A program made the position numbers and the translations under genes. Under the pieces are notes generated by a model. It was given only the letters and a program-made list of their open reading frames with translations, made no database searches and had not been told where the DNA came from. Positions 19,634 through 27,338 of a DNA stretch of 47,058 bases are shown here, one piece after another (within the stretch, counting starts at the first letter, position 1; each line of letters opens with the position of its first letter). The DNA comes from an uncultured Planctomycetia bacterium (lineage in GTDB: Bacteria; Omnitrophota; Gorgyraeia; JAGLLT01; CAZKQD01), in contig CAZKQD010000003.1 in the NCBI GenBank assembly GCA_964554835.1, positions 1-47,058 of the forward strand. The letters run 5' to 3'.

Positions 19634-19670
19634 GAGGTCGCTGAAAAATTCTAAAGTCATCAGCGACCTC
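19634..19670 (+). terminator. Perfect 11-bp hairpin directly after the PiT stop
   Basis: GAGGTCGCTGA (19634-19644) pairs with TCAGCGACCTC (19660-19670) across a 15-nt loop. Followed by GATTAC / GTAATC short repeats rather than a U tract. Confidence 0.45.
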
Positions 19671-19789
19671 TGATTACGGAGATTATAAAAAGATTACAGA
19701 GATTTTATGTCGTCGATAAAATAATCATTGTAATCTATGCTAATCGCTGTAATCAGGTATAATGATAATTATAACTGGAGGTGACAATT

Positions 19790-20461
19790 ATGTTTATGAG
19801 AGTTCCCATATTAAGTGCCATAGGAAGTAAGTCGCCATTCGAAGGGTTAGTTAAACATGCTTCTAAAGTGAATGAATGCATTCAGTTATGGAAGCAGGCG
19901 GTGAGTGCGTATTTAGAGAAAAAATATGACATTTTTGACCATCTCTCAGAAGAAGTTCAAAAGTTAGAGCACGAGGCGGATTTAATCAAAGGCAACATAA
20001 GCGCTCATCTGCCAAAGGGTATTTATATGCCGGTTTATAAATCAGACTTTATGAGATGCCTTAAAGAGCAAGATTCAATTTTGGATTTTGCAGAAGACAC
20101 AGTCATCTGGTTGAGTTTTAAAAGAGTGGATATGGGTTTTATAAAAGATGGAATGCTTGAGCATATTCAAAAAATTACAGAGACCGTCCAGACACTTGAG
20201 AAAGTAGCTTTAAACATAAAAGACTTTTTCTCTAGCCTTAGGAAGAAAAATAGAGAAGAAATGAAAGAGTTGATAAAAAAGGTGCATAGACTTGAGTGGG
20301 AGTCAGATCGAATTGAAAAAAGATTAACAAAGCAGATTTTTGACAGTAATATGGATTTTCTTTCCATTTACTTTATTATTAAAGTAATAAATTTGACATC
20401 AGCAATAGCTAATCATGCAGAGAATGCCGGAGACCGAATTAGAGCTATGATAGCAAAATAG
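19790..20461 (+). CDS. DUF47 (PhoU-like, TIGR00153-type) phosphate transport regulator family protein
   Basis: Helical protein with HEADLIKGNI and LEWESDRIEKRL blocks typical of PiT-associated DUF47 proteins. Start moved to the ATG at 19790, 9 nt after GGAGG (19776-19780). Confidence 0.7.
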   Translation: MFMRVPILSAIGSKSPFEGLVKHASKVNECIQLWKQAVSAYLEKKYDIFDHLSEEVQKLEHEADLIKGNISAHLPKGIYMPVYKSDFMRCLKEQDSILDFAEDTVIWLSFKRVDMGFIKDGMLEHIQKITETVQTLEKVALNIKDFFSSLRKKNREEMKELIKKVHRLEWESDRIEKRLTKQIFDSNMDFLSIYFIIKVINLTSAIANHAENAGDRIRAMIAK

Positions 20462-20544
20462 TCACAAGTCACGCAAGTCACCCGCCAAAAAGCATTGGCG
20501 AGGCAAGCAAGTCATTGTATAGCTCATAGCTGATAGCTCATAGC

Positions 20545-20768
20545 AGAAAACAGACGAAAGGATGACAGACGATGGATGAAAGGACGAAGAAAATAAGGAG
20601 TGTAAGAGCTTTAGAGGCATACGAACATATATTTGCGATGTTAAATACGATAGAAGAAGAAGGCCGATTCTTTTTGTCCAGATTCATCCAAGTAAATGCA
20701 GTGAACGGTCGTCTATCGTCCATCGGTAAGTTGCAGGTGGCAAGCCGCAGGCTTGAAGTCTGTTTTCT
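20545..20768 (+). repeat. Long imperfect inverted repeat (~225 nt) upstream of the pilus-locus promoter
   Basis: AGAAAACAGAC (20545-20555) is the exact complement of GTCTGTTTTCT (20758-20768). The nested inner segment GGATGAA..GGAC..GAAGAAAAT pairs with ATTCTTTTTGTCC..TTCATCC. The purine-rich 5' arm and pyrimidine-rich 3' arm both show a ~7-nt period. Confidence 0.5.
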
Positions 20769-20780
20769 GTGTCAAATTAC

Positions 20781-20809
20781 TTGACGATAAAATAGAATAA
20801 TTGTATAAT
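20781..20809 (+). promoter_or_regulatory. Sigma-70-type promoter for the pilus/secretion locus
   Basis: TTGACG (20781-20786), 17-nt spacer, TATAAT (20804-20809). Lies 32 nt upstream of the TTG start at 20841, with AAGAGG in between. Confidence 0.6.
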
Positions 20810-20840
20810 ATTACGGTGCTACTATAAAGAGGCAGTTAAA

Positions 20841-22553
20841 TTGATTAATGATAGAAGATTAATTATAGAAAGTATAAAAAATACAGGTCTATTAGATGAT
20901 AGTCAGATAGAAAAGGCCCTGCAGATACAAAGTAAGAATAAACAGAGATTTGGCACTGTTTTGGCTCAATTGAGCTATATTGCCAACGAAGATACAGGGA
21001 TAAGTTTACCTTCTCAGATTGGTTTAGTGCCTGTGCCTATAGATAAAAAAAAGATTTCTGATGAAACCCTTAAAAGGATTTCCTCTAAGATTGCCTACCA
21101 CCACAGGATTATGCCTATCGAGTTAGAAGATAATATTCTCACCATTGCTACGGATGATCCTTTAAATTTTCTTGCCATGGAGAATTTAGAAAAGATTTTG
21201 GGAGTTAAATTAGAGATTATTCTTACTACTGAGGATGAGTTGATCTTGTTACAGAAACAACATTACGGAGAAAAGAAGGAAGAGAAAAAGGTCTTTGATA
21301 AAGTTATTGATAAGATGGAAATAGACAAAGAAATGCCCAGAGCAAAAGAGGAAACAGGGGGATTAACCGCTGATGGAGAAAGCGCTCCCATTATTAGATT
21401 AGTTACTTTGATTTTAACAGAAGGTGTGAAGAAACGAGCAAGTGATATTCATATTGAGCCCTTAGAGAAGAAACTCAGAGTTAGATATAGAATTGATGGT
21501 ATTCTGCATGAAGTTAGCGGTCCGCCAAAACATCTTCAGGGTTCAATAATAAGTAGAATAAAGTTGATGGCCGGACTTGATATTGCTGAGAAGCGTCTCC
21601 CTCAAGATGGGCGTATAAGGATAAAACTTTTAAATAAAGATTTAGACTTGAGAGTCTCAAGTTTACCTGGTATTTATGGCGAAAGCATTGTTATGAGAAT
21701 ACTGGATAAATCAAGTCTTCTATTGGGCCTTGAAGAATTAGGATTTTTATCTGATGACAGAAAGAAATTCGAGAAACTCATTAATACACCTAATGGGACT
21801 TTACTTGTTACAGGTCCTACAGGTTCAGGTAAGACGACTACACTATACGCAGCTTTAAATTCTATCAATCAACCCAATAAGAAATTAATCACTATTGAGG
21901 ATCCAGTTGAGTATCAGATAAAGGGCATAAATCAGGTCCAGATAAAACCTCAGGTTGGATTAAATTTTGCTGCAGGTCTACGCTCTATGTTACGACAAGC
22001 TCCTGATATTATAATGGTTGGTGAGATACGAGATAAAGAGACAGCTTCTGTTGCAATACAGGCGGCCTTAACCGGGCACTTAATTTTTTCAACCCTCCAC
22101 ACTAATGATGCACCTGGCGCTGTGACCAGATTGATAGATATGGGCATAAAGCCATACTTAGTTGCATCAACTCTCCAGGCCGTCTTAGCCCAAAGATTGG
22201 TTCGTTGCGTTTGTTCTAATTGCAGAGAACAATATCAACCTAAACCCGAAGAGTTAAATGCCTTGAATTTAAAAAAAGAAGACTTATCTGAGGCTACATT
22301 TTATAAAGGTAAAGGTTGCCCTGAGTGCAATGATAGTGGCTATAAGGGAAGAATTGGCATATTTGAACTTTTGATTATGGATGATACACTTAGAGAGATG
22401 ATATTTGAGAGAAAATCAAGTGCTGAGATAAAAACCAAAGCCGTTGAACTTGGAATGAAAACCTTAAGAGAAGATGGCAAACAAAAAGTATTAAAGGGCA
22501 TTACTACAATAGGAGAGGTAGTAAGGGTTGCTCAGCTTGAAGAAGAAATATAA
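20841..22553 (+). CDS. PilB/GspE-family assembly ATPase, paralog 1
   Basis: N-terminal T2SSE_N-like region, Walker A GPTGSGKTTT, IEDPVEY, Walker B PDIIMVGEIRD, His box GHLIFSTLHTNDA. Tetracysteine CSNC...CPEC. TTG start. Confidence 0.9.
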   Translation: MINDRRLIIESIKNTGLLDDSQIEKALQIQSKNKQRFGTVLAQLSYIANEDTGISLPSQIGLVPVPIDKKKISDETLKRISSKIAYHHRIMPIELEDNILTIATDDPLNFLAMENLEKILGVKLEIILTTEDELILLQKQHYGEKKEEKKVFDKVIDKMEIDKEMPRAKEETGGLTADGESAPIIRLVTLILTEGVKKRASDIHIEPLEKKLRVRYRIDGILHEVSGPPKHLQGSIISRIKLMAGLDIAEKRLPQDGRIRIKLLNKDLDLRVSSLPGIYGESIVMRILDKSSLLLGLEELGFLSDDRKKFEKLINTPNGTLLVTGPTGSGKTTTLYAALNSINQPNKKLITIEDPVEYQIKGINQVQIKPQVGLNFAAGLRSMLRQAPDIIMVGEIRDKETASVAIQAALTGHLIFSTLHTNDAPGAVTRLIDMGIKPYLVASTLQAVLAQRLVRCVCSNCREQYQPKPEELNALNLKKEDLSEATFYKGKGCPECNDSGYKGRIGIFELLIMDDTLREMIFERKSSAEIKTKAVELGMKTLREDGKQKVLKGITTIGEVVRVAQLEEEI

Positions 22554-22573
22554 AAAAAATTAAGGAGCAGATA

Positions 22574-23635
22574 ATGGCAGATATTAATGACTATTTAAAA
22601 GAATGCATAAAACAAAAAGCTTCAGATTTACATTTAACGGTAGGTAAGCCACCAATTTTAAGAATTGACGGAAGCCTTAAACCTTTAAATGATACAATAT
22701 TGAAGGAAGATGATTTAGTGGAAATTATGAAGCAGATTACAAATGATGAGAAAAGAAAAGAGATTGAAGAATCTGGCGGCTGTGATTTTGGTTTTAGTTT
22801 TGATAGTGTTGCAAGATTCAGAGCTTCAATTTATAAGGCAAAAGGTACGATTGGCATATCTCTCAGATTTATATCTTCAAAACTTTTTACTTTTGAAGAG
22901 TTAGGTTTATCGGAAAAAATCAGAGAGCTATTACATAGACCTCGAGGTTTGATTCTTGTTACAGGTCCAACAGGTTCAGGTAAGACGACTACCATAGCAA
23001 CTTTAACAGACTACATAAACTCTAATATGGGTTCTCATATAATTACAGTTGAGGATCCAATAGAATATTATCACAACCATAAAAAAAGTATCGTTACTCA
23101 GAGAGAAGTAGGAGTTGATGTTCCATCTTTCTCAGAGGCAATAATCAAAGGATTAAGAAGCGACCCGGATGTGATACTTGTTGGAGAAATGCGAGATTTA
23201 CAAACTATTAAAGCAGCGCTCCTCGCAGCAGAGACAGGACATTTGGTTTTTGCTACTTTACACACCATAAGTGCGGTTCAGACAGTTGATAGGATAATAA
23301 ATTCCTTTCCAGTTCATCAACAGGAGCAGGTAAGGATTCAGCTTTCAGCAGTTATTTTAGCAGTTTTATCTCAGCAGCTTTTAATCAGAAAATCTGACAA
23401 AGGAAGAGTAGCTTGCTTTGAGATTATGATATTAACTCCATCCATTCAAAGCCTAATTAGAGAAAGGAAAACTTTCAGGATAATCTCTGAACTTCAAACA
23501 GGTGCAAAATACGGTATGAGGACTTTTGATGCGTCATTAATTAAACTCTACCGAGACGGCGTAATATCAAAAGAGAGTGTATATAGCAAAGCTTTTGATA
23601 AGGAGCAGATTGAGCAGATGTTGAAAGGAAAATAG
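22574..23635 (+). CDS. pilT: Type IV pilus retraction ATPase PilT
   Basis: ASDLHLTVGKPPILRIDG, GPTGSGKTTT, VEDPIEY, DPDVILVGEMRD and GHLVFATLHT. 353 aa without the long N-terminal domain; the SIQSLIRERK block resembles the PilT signature. Confidence 0.9.
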   Translation: MADINDYLKECIKQKASDLHLTVGKPPILRIDGSLKPLNDTILKEDDLVEIMKQITNDEKRKEIEESGGCDFGFSFDSVARFRASIYKAKGTIGISLRFISSKLFTFEELGLSEKIRELLHRPRGLILVTGPTGSGKTTTIATLTDYINSNMGSHIITVEDPIEYYHNHKKSIVTQREVGVDVPSFSEAIIKGLRSDPDVILVGEMRDLQTIKAALLAAETGHLVFATLHTISAVQTVDRIINSFPVHQQEQVRIQLSAVILAVLSQQLLIRKSDKGRVACFEIMILTPSIQSLIRERKTFRIISELQTGAKYGMRTFDASLIKLYRDGVISKESVYSKAFDKEQIEQMLKGK

Positions 23636-23645
23636 GTAATTACTT

Positions 23646-25373
23646 ATGCCTGAAGGAAAATTTATTAAAAAACCTATAGGTGGAATACTACTAGACCAAA
23701 ACGTCATATCCCAAGAGCAGCTTGATGAAGCATTGGAAGAGCAGAAGAAAAGCGGTCGCCTCTTGGGAAAGATCCTTATTGATTTAGGTTTTGCAGCAGA
23801 AGAGGATATTTTAAAAGCTTTAGGTAGCCAGGTAGATATAAAGGTAAGCGAACTCAGTAAAATTGAGATTCCTAAGGAAATTATAGATAAAATTCCTGCC
23901 TCGTTAGCTCAAGTTTATAATATTGTTCCTGTAGAATTTACAAATGGCGTACTTACAATTGCATTATCTGATCCTTTAAATATAAACGTCTTAGATGATT
24001 TAAGGTTTGTCTTAAATTGTGAAGTTCAAAGTGTAGCAGCTAAAGAAGAAGACATTAGTAAAGCGATCGAGAAATACTATGGAGGAGAGGCCGGAGAAGG
24101 ATCTATAGATAAGTTAGTCAAAGAAATAGAAGAAAGTCAACCGAGGGTTTTAACTGCAGAGGTAAAAGAAAAACAAGATATTGCCAGCTTAAAAGAATTA
24201 GCATCTCAGGCACCAGTTGTAAAGCTGGTCAACTTAGTATTACTTCAGGCAGTAAAGGATAAAGCCAGCGATATACACTTTGAACCATTTGAGGATGAGT
24301 TTAAGGTAAGATATAGAGTGGACGGTGTCTTATATGAGATAAGTCATCCACCAAGGGAGTTAAACTTGGCAATAACATCAAGAATTAAAGTAATGGCTAA
24401 TTTAGACGTTGCTGAGTCTAGAGTGCCTCAAGATGGACGTATTATGATGAAAGTGGCTGGCCGAGCAATAGATTTACGCGTATCTACTCTTCCGACTATC
24501 TTTGGCGAAAGTGTAGTTATAAGGGTTTTAGATAGAAGCGTAATTAACCTATCCTTAGATGAAATAGGTCTTAGCCCAGAATTAAAAGAAAAAGTTGAAA
24601 AATTGGTATCTAAACCAAATGGTATAATTTTAGCAACAGGTCCTACCGGCTGCGGTAAGACTACAACTTTATATTCATGTTTGAGAAAGATAAATAAAAT
24701 AGATTACAAAATTATCACAACTGAAGACCCTGTAGAATATGATATTACAGGAATAGTTCAAGTAACTATCAGACCTAAGATAAATCTAACCTTCGCTACA
24801 TGCCTGAGACACATATTAAGACAGGATCCTGATATTATAATGGTCGGTGAGATACGAGACAAAGAGACAGCTCAAATTAGTGTTCAGGCTTCTTTAACAG
24901 GTCATTTGGTATTTAGCACACTTCATACTAATGATGCACCCGGCTCAATTACAAGATTAGTAGATATGGGAGTAGAACCCTTTTTAATTACCTCAACTCT
25001 TGAAGCAGTAATTGCACAAAGACTAGTGAGAGTATTGTGCCCTAAATGTAAAGAGCTTTATACTCCTTCGGAGCACGAGTTAGCTGAGATAGGATTAACG
25101 CCGGATAAAGCAAAGGATAAGAAGTTTTATAGAGCAAAAGGGTGCCCTGAATGCAATGATATTGGTTATAAAGGAAGAACTGCAATATTTGAAATTTTGA
25201 TAATAGGTAATAAATTAAAAAGTCTGATTATGGAGAAATCTCACACTGCAATTCTTAGAAGAGCAGCAATTAAATCTGGAATGCGCACTTTAAGAGAAAG
25301 CGGCTTACTTAAAGTTTACGATGGAATAACAACGATAGAAGAAATAGTAAGAGAAACTCGGGGATACGCTTAA
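23646..25373 (+). CDS. PilB/GspE-family assembly ATPase, paralog 2
   Basis: Same motif set as paralog 1 (GPTGCGKTTT, TEDPVEY, PDIIMVGEIRD, GHLVFSTLHTNDA, CPKC...CPEC). The N-terminus has two tandem 24-residue MshEN-like repeats. Confidence 0.9.
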   Translation: MPEGKFIKKPIGGILLDQNVISQEQLDEALEEQKKSGRLLGKILIDLGFAAEEDILKALGSQVDIKVSELSKIEIPKEIIDKIPASLAQVYNIVPVEFTNGVLTIALSDPLNINVLDDLRFVLNCEVQSVAAKEEDISKAIEKYYGGEAGEGSIDKLVKEIEESQPRVLTAEVKEKQDIASLKELASQAPVVKLVNLVLLQAVKDKASDIHFEPFEDEFKVRYRVDGVLYEISHPPRELNLAITSRIKVMANLDVAESRVPQDGRIMMKVAGRAIDLRVSTLPTIFGESVVIRVLDRSVINLSLDEIGLSPELKEKVEKLVSKPNGIILATGPTGCGKTTTLYSCLRKINKIDYKIITTEDPVEYDITGIVQVTIRPKINLTFATCLRHILRQDPDIIMVGEIRDKETAQISVQASLTGHLVFSTLHTNDAPGSITRLVDMGVEPFLITSTLEAVIAQRLVRVLCPKCKELYTPSEHELAEIGLTPDKAKDKKFYRAKGCPECNDIGYKGRTAIFEILIIGNKLKSLIMEKSHTAILRRAAIKSGMRTLRESGLLKVYDGITTIEEIVRETRGYA

Positions 25374-25374
25374 T

Positions 25375-25450
25375 CAGAAGACAGAAGACAGAGGACAGAA
25401 TATAAATAAGAGTAAATCTGTTTTCTGATTTCTGACATCTGATTTCTGAT
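25375..25450 (+). terminator. Heptad-repeat hairpin after ATPase paralog 2
   Basis: cagaaga cagaaga cagagga cagaa (25375-25400), 16-nt loop, then tctgttt tctgatt tctgaca tctgatt tctgat (25417-25450). The arms pair with several G:U wobbles that would be C:A mismatches on the minus strand. Confidence 0.5.
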
Positions 25451-25470
25451 TAAAAAGAGGAGGATAGACA

Positions 25471-26757
25471 TTGCTGAAATTTGAATATAAAGCTATAGAT
25501 GCAAACGGCAAAGAGGTATCAGGAATTATTGAAGCCGATAGCACACAGGATGCTATTACAAAAGTTAAAAGTAAGGGATATTATCCCATTGAGCTTAACG
25601 AGATAGAAGCTGAAAGACAAGCGCCGATCTCAACAAAGAAAAAGAATAAAGAGACTAAAAAGAGGGGCAGCCTAAACAAAGAAATAACTATTCCTTTCTT
25701 GGGAATCGGCGTAGTTAAATCTCAGGACGTGGCAATCTTTACCAGACAACTTGCTACTATGATAAATGCAGGGCTACCTTTAGTGAGAAGTCTCAATGTA
25801 TTATGTGAACAGTTACGATCAGGGCCCCTAAAAGACATAATAGTTTCTTTATTAGACGAGGTTACTGCGGGTGGTTCCTTAAGTGAGGCCTTATCCAAAT
25901 ATCCTAAAGTTTTCTCACCCTTATATATAAATATGGTAAGAGCTGGTGAATCAGGAGGAGTTTTAGAGATAATTTTAGAAAGATTAGCTAATTTTATTGA
26001 GAAGAACTTAGAACTAATCCGAAAGGTTAAATCCGCCCTTACATATCCTGCTTTAGTTGTGATATTTGCTGGTGGCGTTCTTATATTTTTGACAGTATTC
26101 CTTATTCCTAAGTTTATGGGAATTTTTCAAACTATGGAAATCGGAAAATTACCTGCCGTTACTTCATTTATTTTAAACTTTTCTCAGCTATTTCAGCACA
26201 AGTGGTATATTGGACTTGGACTTTTAGCAATTTTATATTTCGGATATAAAGCAGCTATTAAATCTAAAAAGTCTAGATTGTTTATAGATAGGATAAAATT
26301 ACGTTTGCCCATTATAGGTGAACTGTTGCTAAAAATTGAAGTTACTAGGTTTACCAGAACATTAGGCACTCTTATATCAAGTGGCGTTCCAATCTTGCAG
26401 GCTTTAAGGATTGTAAAAGGCGTTGTTAAAAATGAGGTTATATCACGAGCTATTGCTCAAGTACATGATAGTATCAGAGAAGGTGAATCTATAGCCAGAC
26501 CTCTTAAGGCAAGCGGTGTTTTCCCGCTTATGGTAGTCAATATGGTTGATGTAGGAGAAGAGACTGGTTCATTAGATAGTATGTTTATGAAAGTTGCTGA
26601 TATATATGATAGCGAGGTAGACACTACAATAAATTCTCTTACCTCAATAATAGAACCTATATTAATTATCACAATGGGGCTTATGGTAGGTTTTATCGTG
26701 ATAGCTATGTTCTTGCCGCTTATCAAACTAATGACTACAATTGGCTTGAGTAGCTAA
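25471..26757 (+). CDS. pilC: PilC/GspF-family inner-membrane platform protein
   Basis: Two T2SSF-type repeats (FTRQLATMINAGLPLVRSL and FTRTLGTLISSGVPILQAL). TTG start 8 nt after AGGAGG. Confidence 0.9.
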   Translation: MLKFEYKAIDANGKEVSGIIEADSTQDAITKVKSKGYYPIELNEIEAERQAPISTKKKNKETKKRGSLNKEITIPFLGIGVVKSQDVAIFTRQLATMINAGLPLVRSLNVLCEQLRSGPLKDIIVSLLDEVTAGGSLSEALSKYPKVFSPLYINMVRAGESGGVLEIILERLANFIEKNLELIRKVKSALTYPALVVIFAGGVLIFLTVFLIPKFMGIFQTMEIGKLPAVTSFILNFSQLFQHKWYIGLGLLAILYFGYKAAIKSKKSRLFIDRIKLRLPIIGELLLKIEVTRFTRTLGTLISSGVPILQALRIVKGVVKNEVISRAIAQVHDSIREGESIARPLKASGVFPLMVVNMVDVGEETGSLDSMFMKVADIYDSEVDTTINSLTSIIEPILIITMGLMVGFIVIAMFLPLIKLMTTIGLSS

Positions 26758-26759
26758 AT

Positions 26760-26789
26760 TTGAATAGGTTATGAAAATTGTGGTATAAT
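26760..26789 (+). promoter_or_regulatory. Sigma-70-type promoter with extended -10 upstream of the major pseudopilin gene
   Basis: TTGAAT (26760-26765), 18-nt spacer ending TGG, then TATAAT (26784-26789), i.e. TGnTATAAT. Confidence 0.6.
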
Positions 26790-26801
26790 ATAAATAGAAA
26801 A

Positions 26802-26864
26802 AAGTCCGAAGTTATAAACTGCAAGCTTAAAACCTAAAACTTGAAACCTGAAGCTTGAAACTTA
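26802..26864 (+). repeat. Nine degenerate heptads forming most of the pseudopilin 5' UTR
   Basis: aagtccg aagttat aaactgc aagctta aaaccta aaacttg aaacctg aagcttg aaactta. CAAGCTT (26822-26828) and AAGCTTG (26851-26857) can pair. The SD AGGAGG follows. Confidence 0.55.
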
Positions 26865-26883
26865 TAGCAGGAGGTAAGAAGAT

Positions 26884-27333
26884 ATGAAAAATAAAGGGTT
26901 TACTCTTATTGAGATTATGATAGTTTTAGTAATTATTGGTATCTTGATGGGTTTAATCTCTGCAGCAGCTTTTAAAGCAATGGAGTCAGCCAAAAAAAGC
27001 AGGGCAGAGGTCGATATAGCAACATTAGAAACTGCCTTATCTGCCTATGAAGCAGATATAGGAGATTATCCGCCGTCGGCTGCTTTTGCAGATAATTCAT
27101 TCAAGGCTTGGTTGGAGGATTCAAGTGGTCAGCCATCAAGTTGGAATGGCCCTTATATGCATTTTAAAAATGAGGATTTAACATCAGGAAGCGACCCTGT
27201 TTGTGATCCATGGAATAATGCATATAAATATAAAGCCCCTGGTTCTAATAATTCTGGATTTGTAGATATTTATTCATTTGGGCCTGATGGCAGTAATAAT
27301 GGCGGTGCCGGTGACGATATAAAGAACTGGTAA
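26884..27333 (+). CDS. gspG: GspG-type major pseudopilin
   Basis: Prepilin leader MKNKG|FTLIEIMIV with Glu at +5. The C-terminal block DPWNNAYKYKAPG...YSFGPDGSNNGGAGDDIKNW closely follows the T2SS GspG pattern. Confidence 0.85.
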   Translation: MKNKGFTLIEIMIVLVIIGILMGLISAAAFKAMESAKKSRAEVDIATLETALSAYEADIGDYPPSAAFADNSFKAWLEDSSGQPSSWNGPYMHFKNEDLTSGSDPVCDPWNNAYKYKAPGSNNSGFVDIYSFGPDGSNNGGAGDDIKNW

Positions 27334-27338
27334 CGAAA

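Noticed and set aside
20538-20784. ORFs 20572-20784 (+, 70 aa) and 20538-20723 (-, 61 aa) in the long spacer before the pilus locus
   Set aside because: They coincide with the two arms of the long inverted repeat, have no SD, and their sequences are dictated by the purine/pyrimidine heptad arms. A structured non-coding element is more likely than a small protein, although a micro-ORF cannot be excluded without expression data.
20462-20840. Possible c-di-GMP riboswitch upstream of the pilus genes
   Set aside because: I looked for the GEMM-I hallmarks as I remember them (GGCAAA...GGGACGCAAAGCC...CCGG) and did not find them. The element also lies upstream of, not downstream of, the best promoter candidate.
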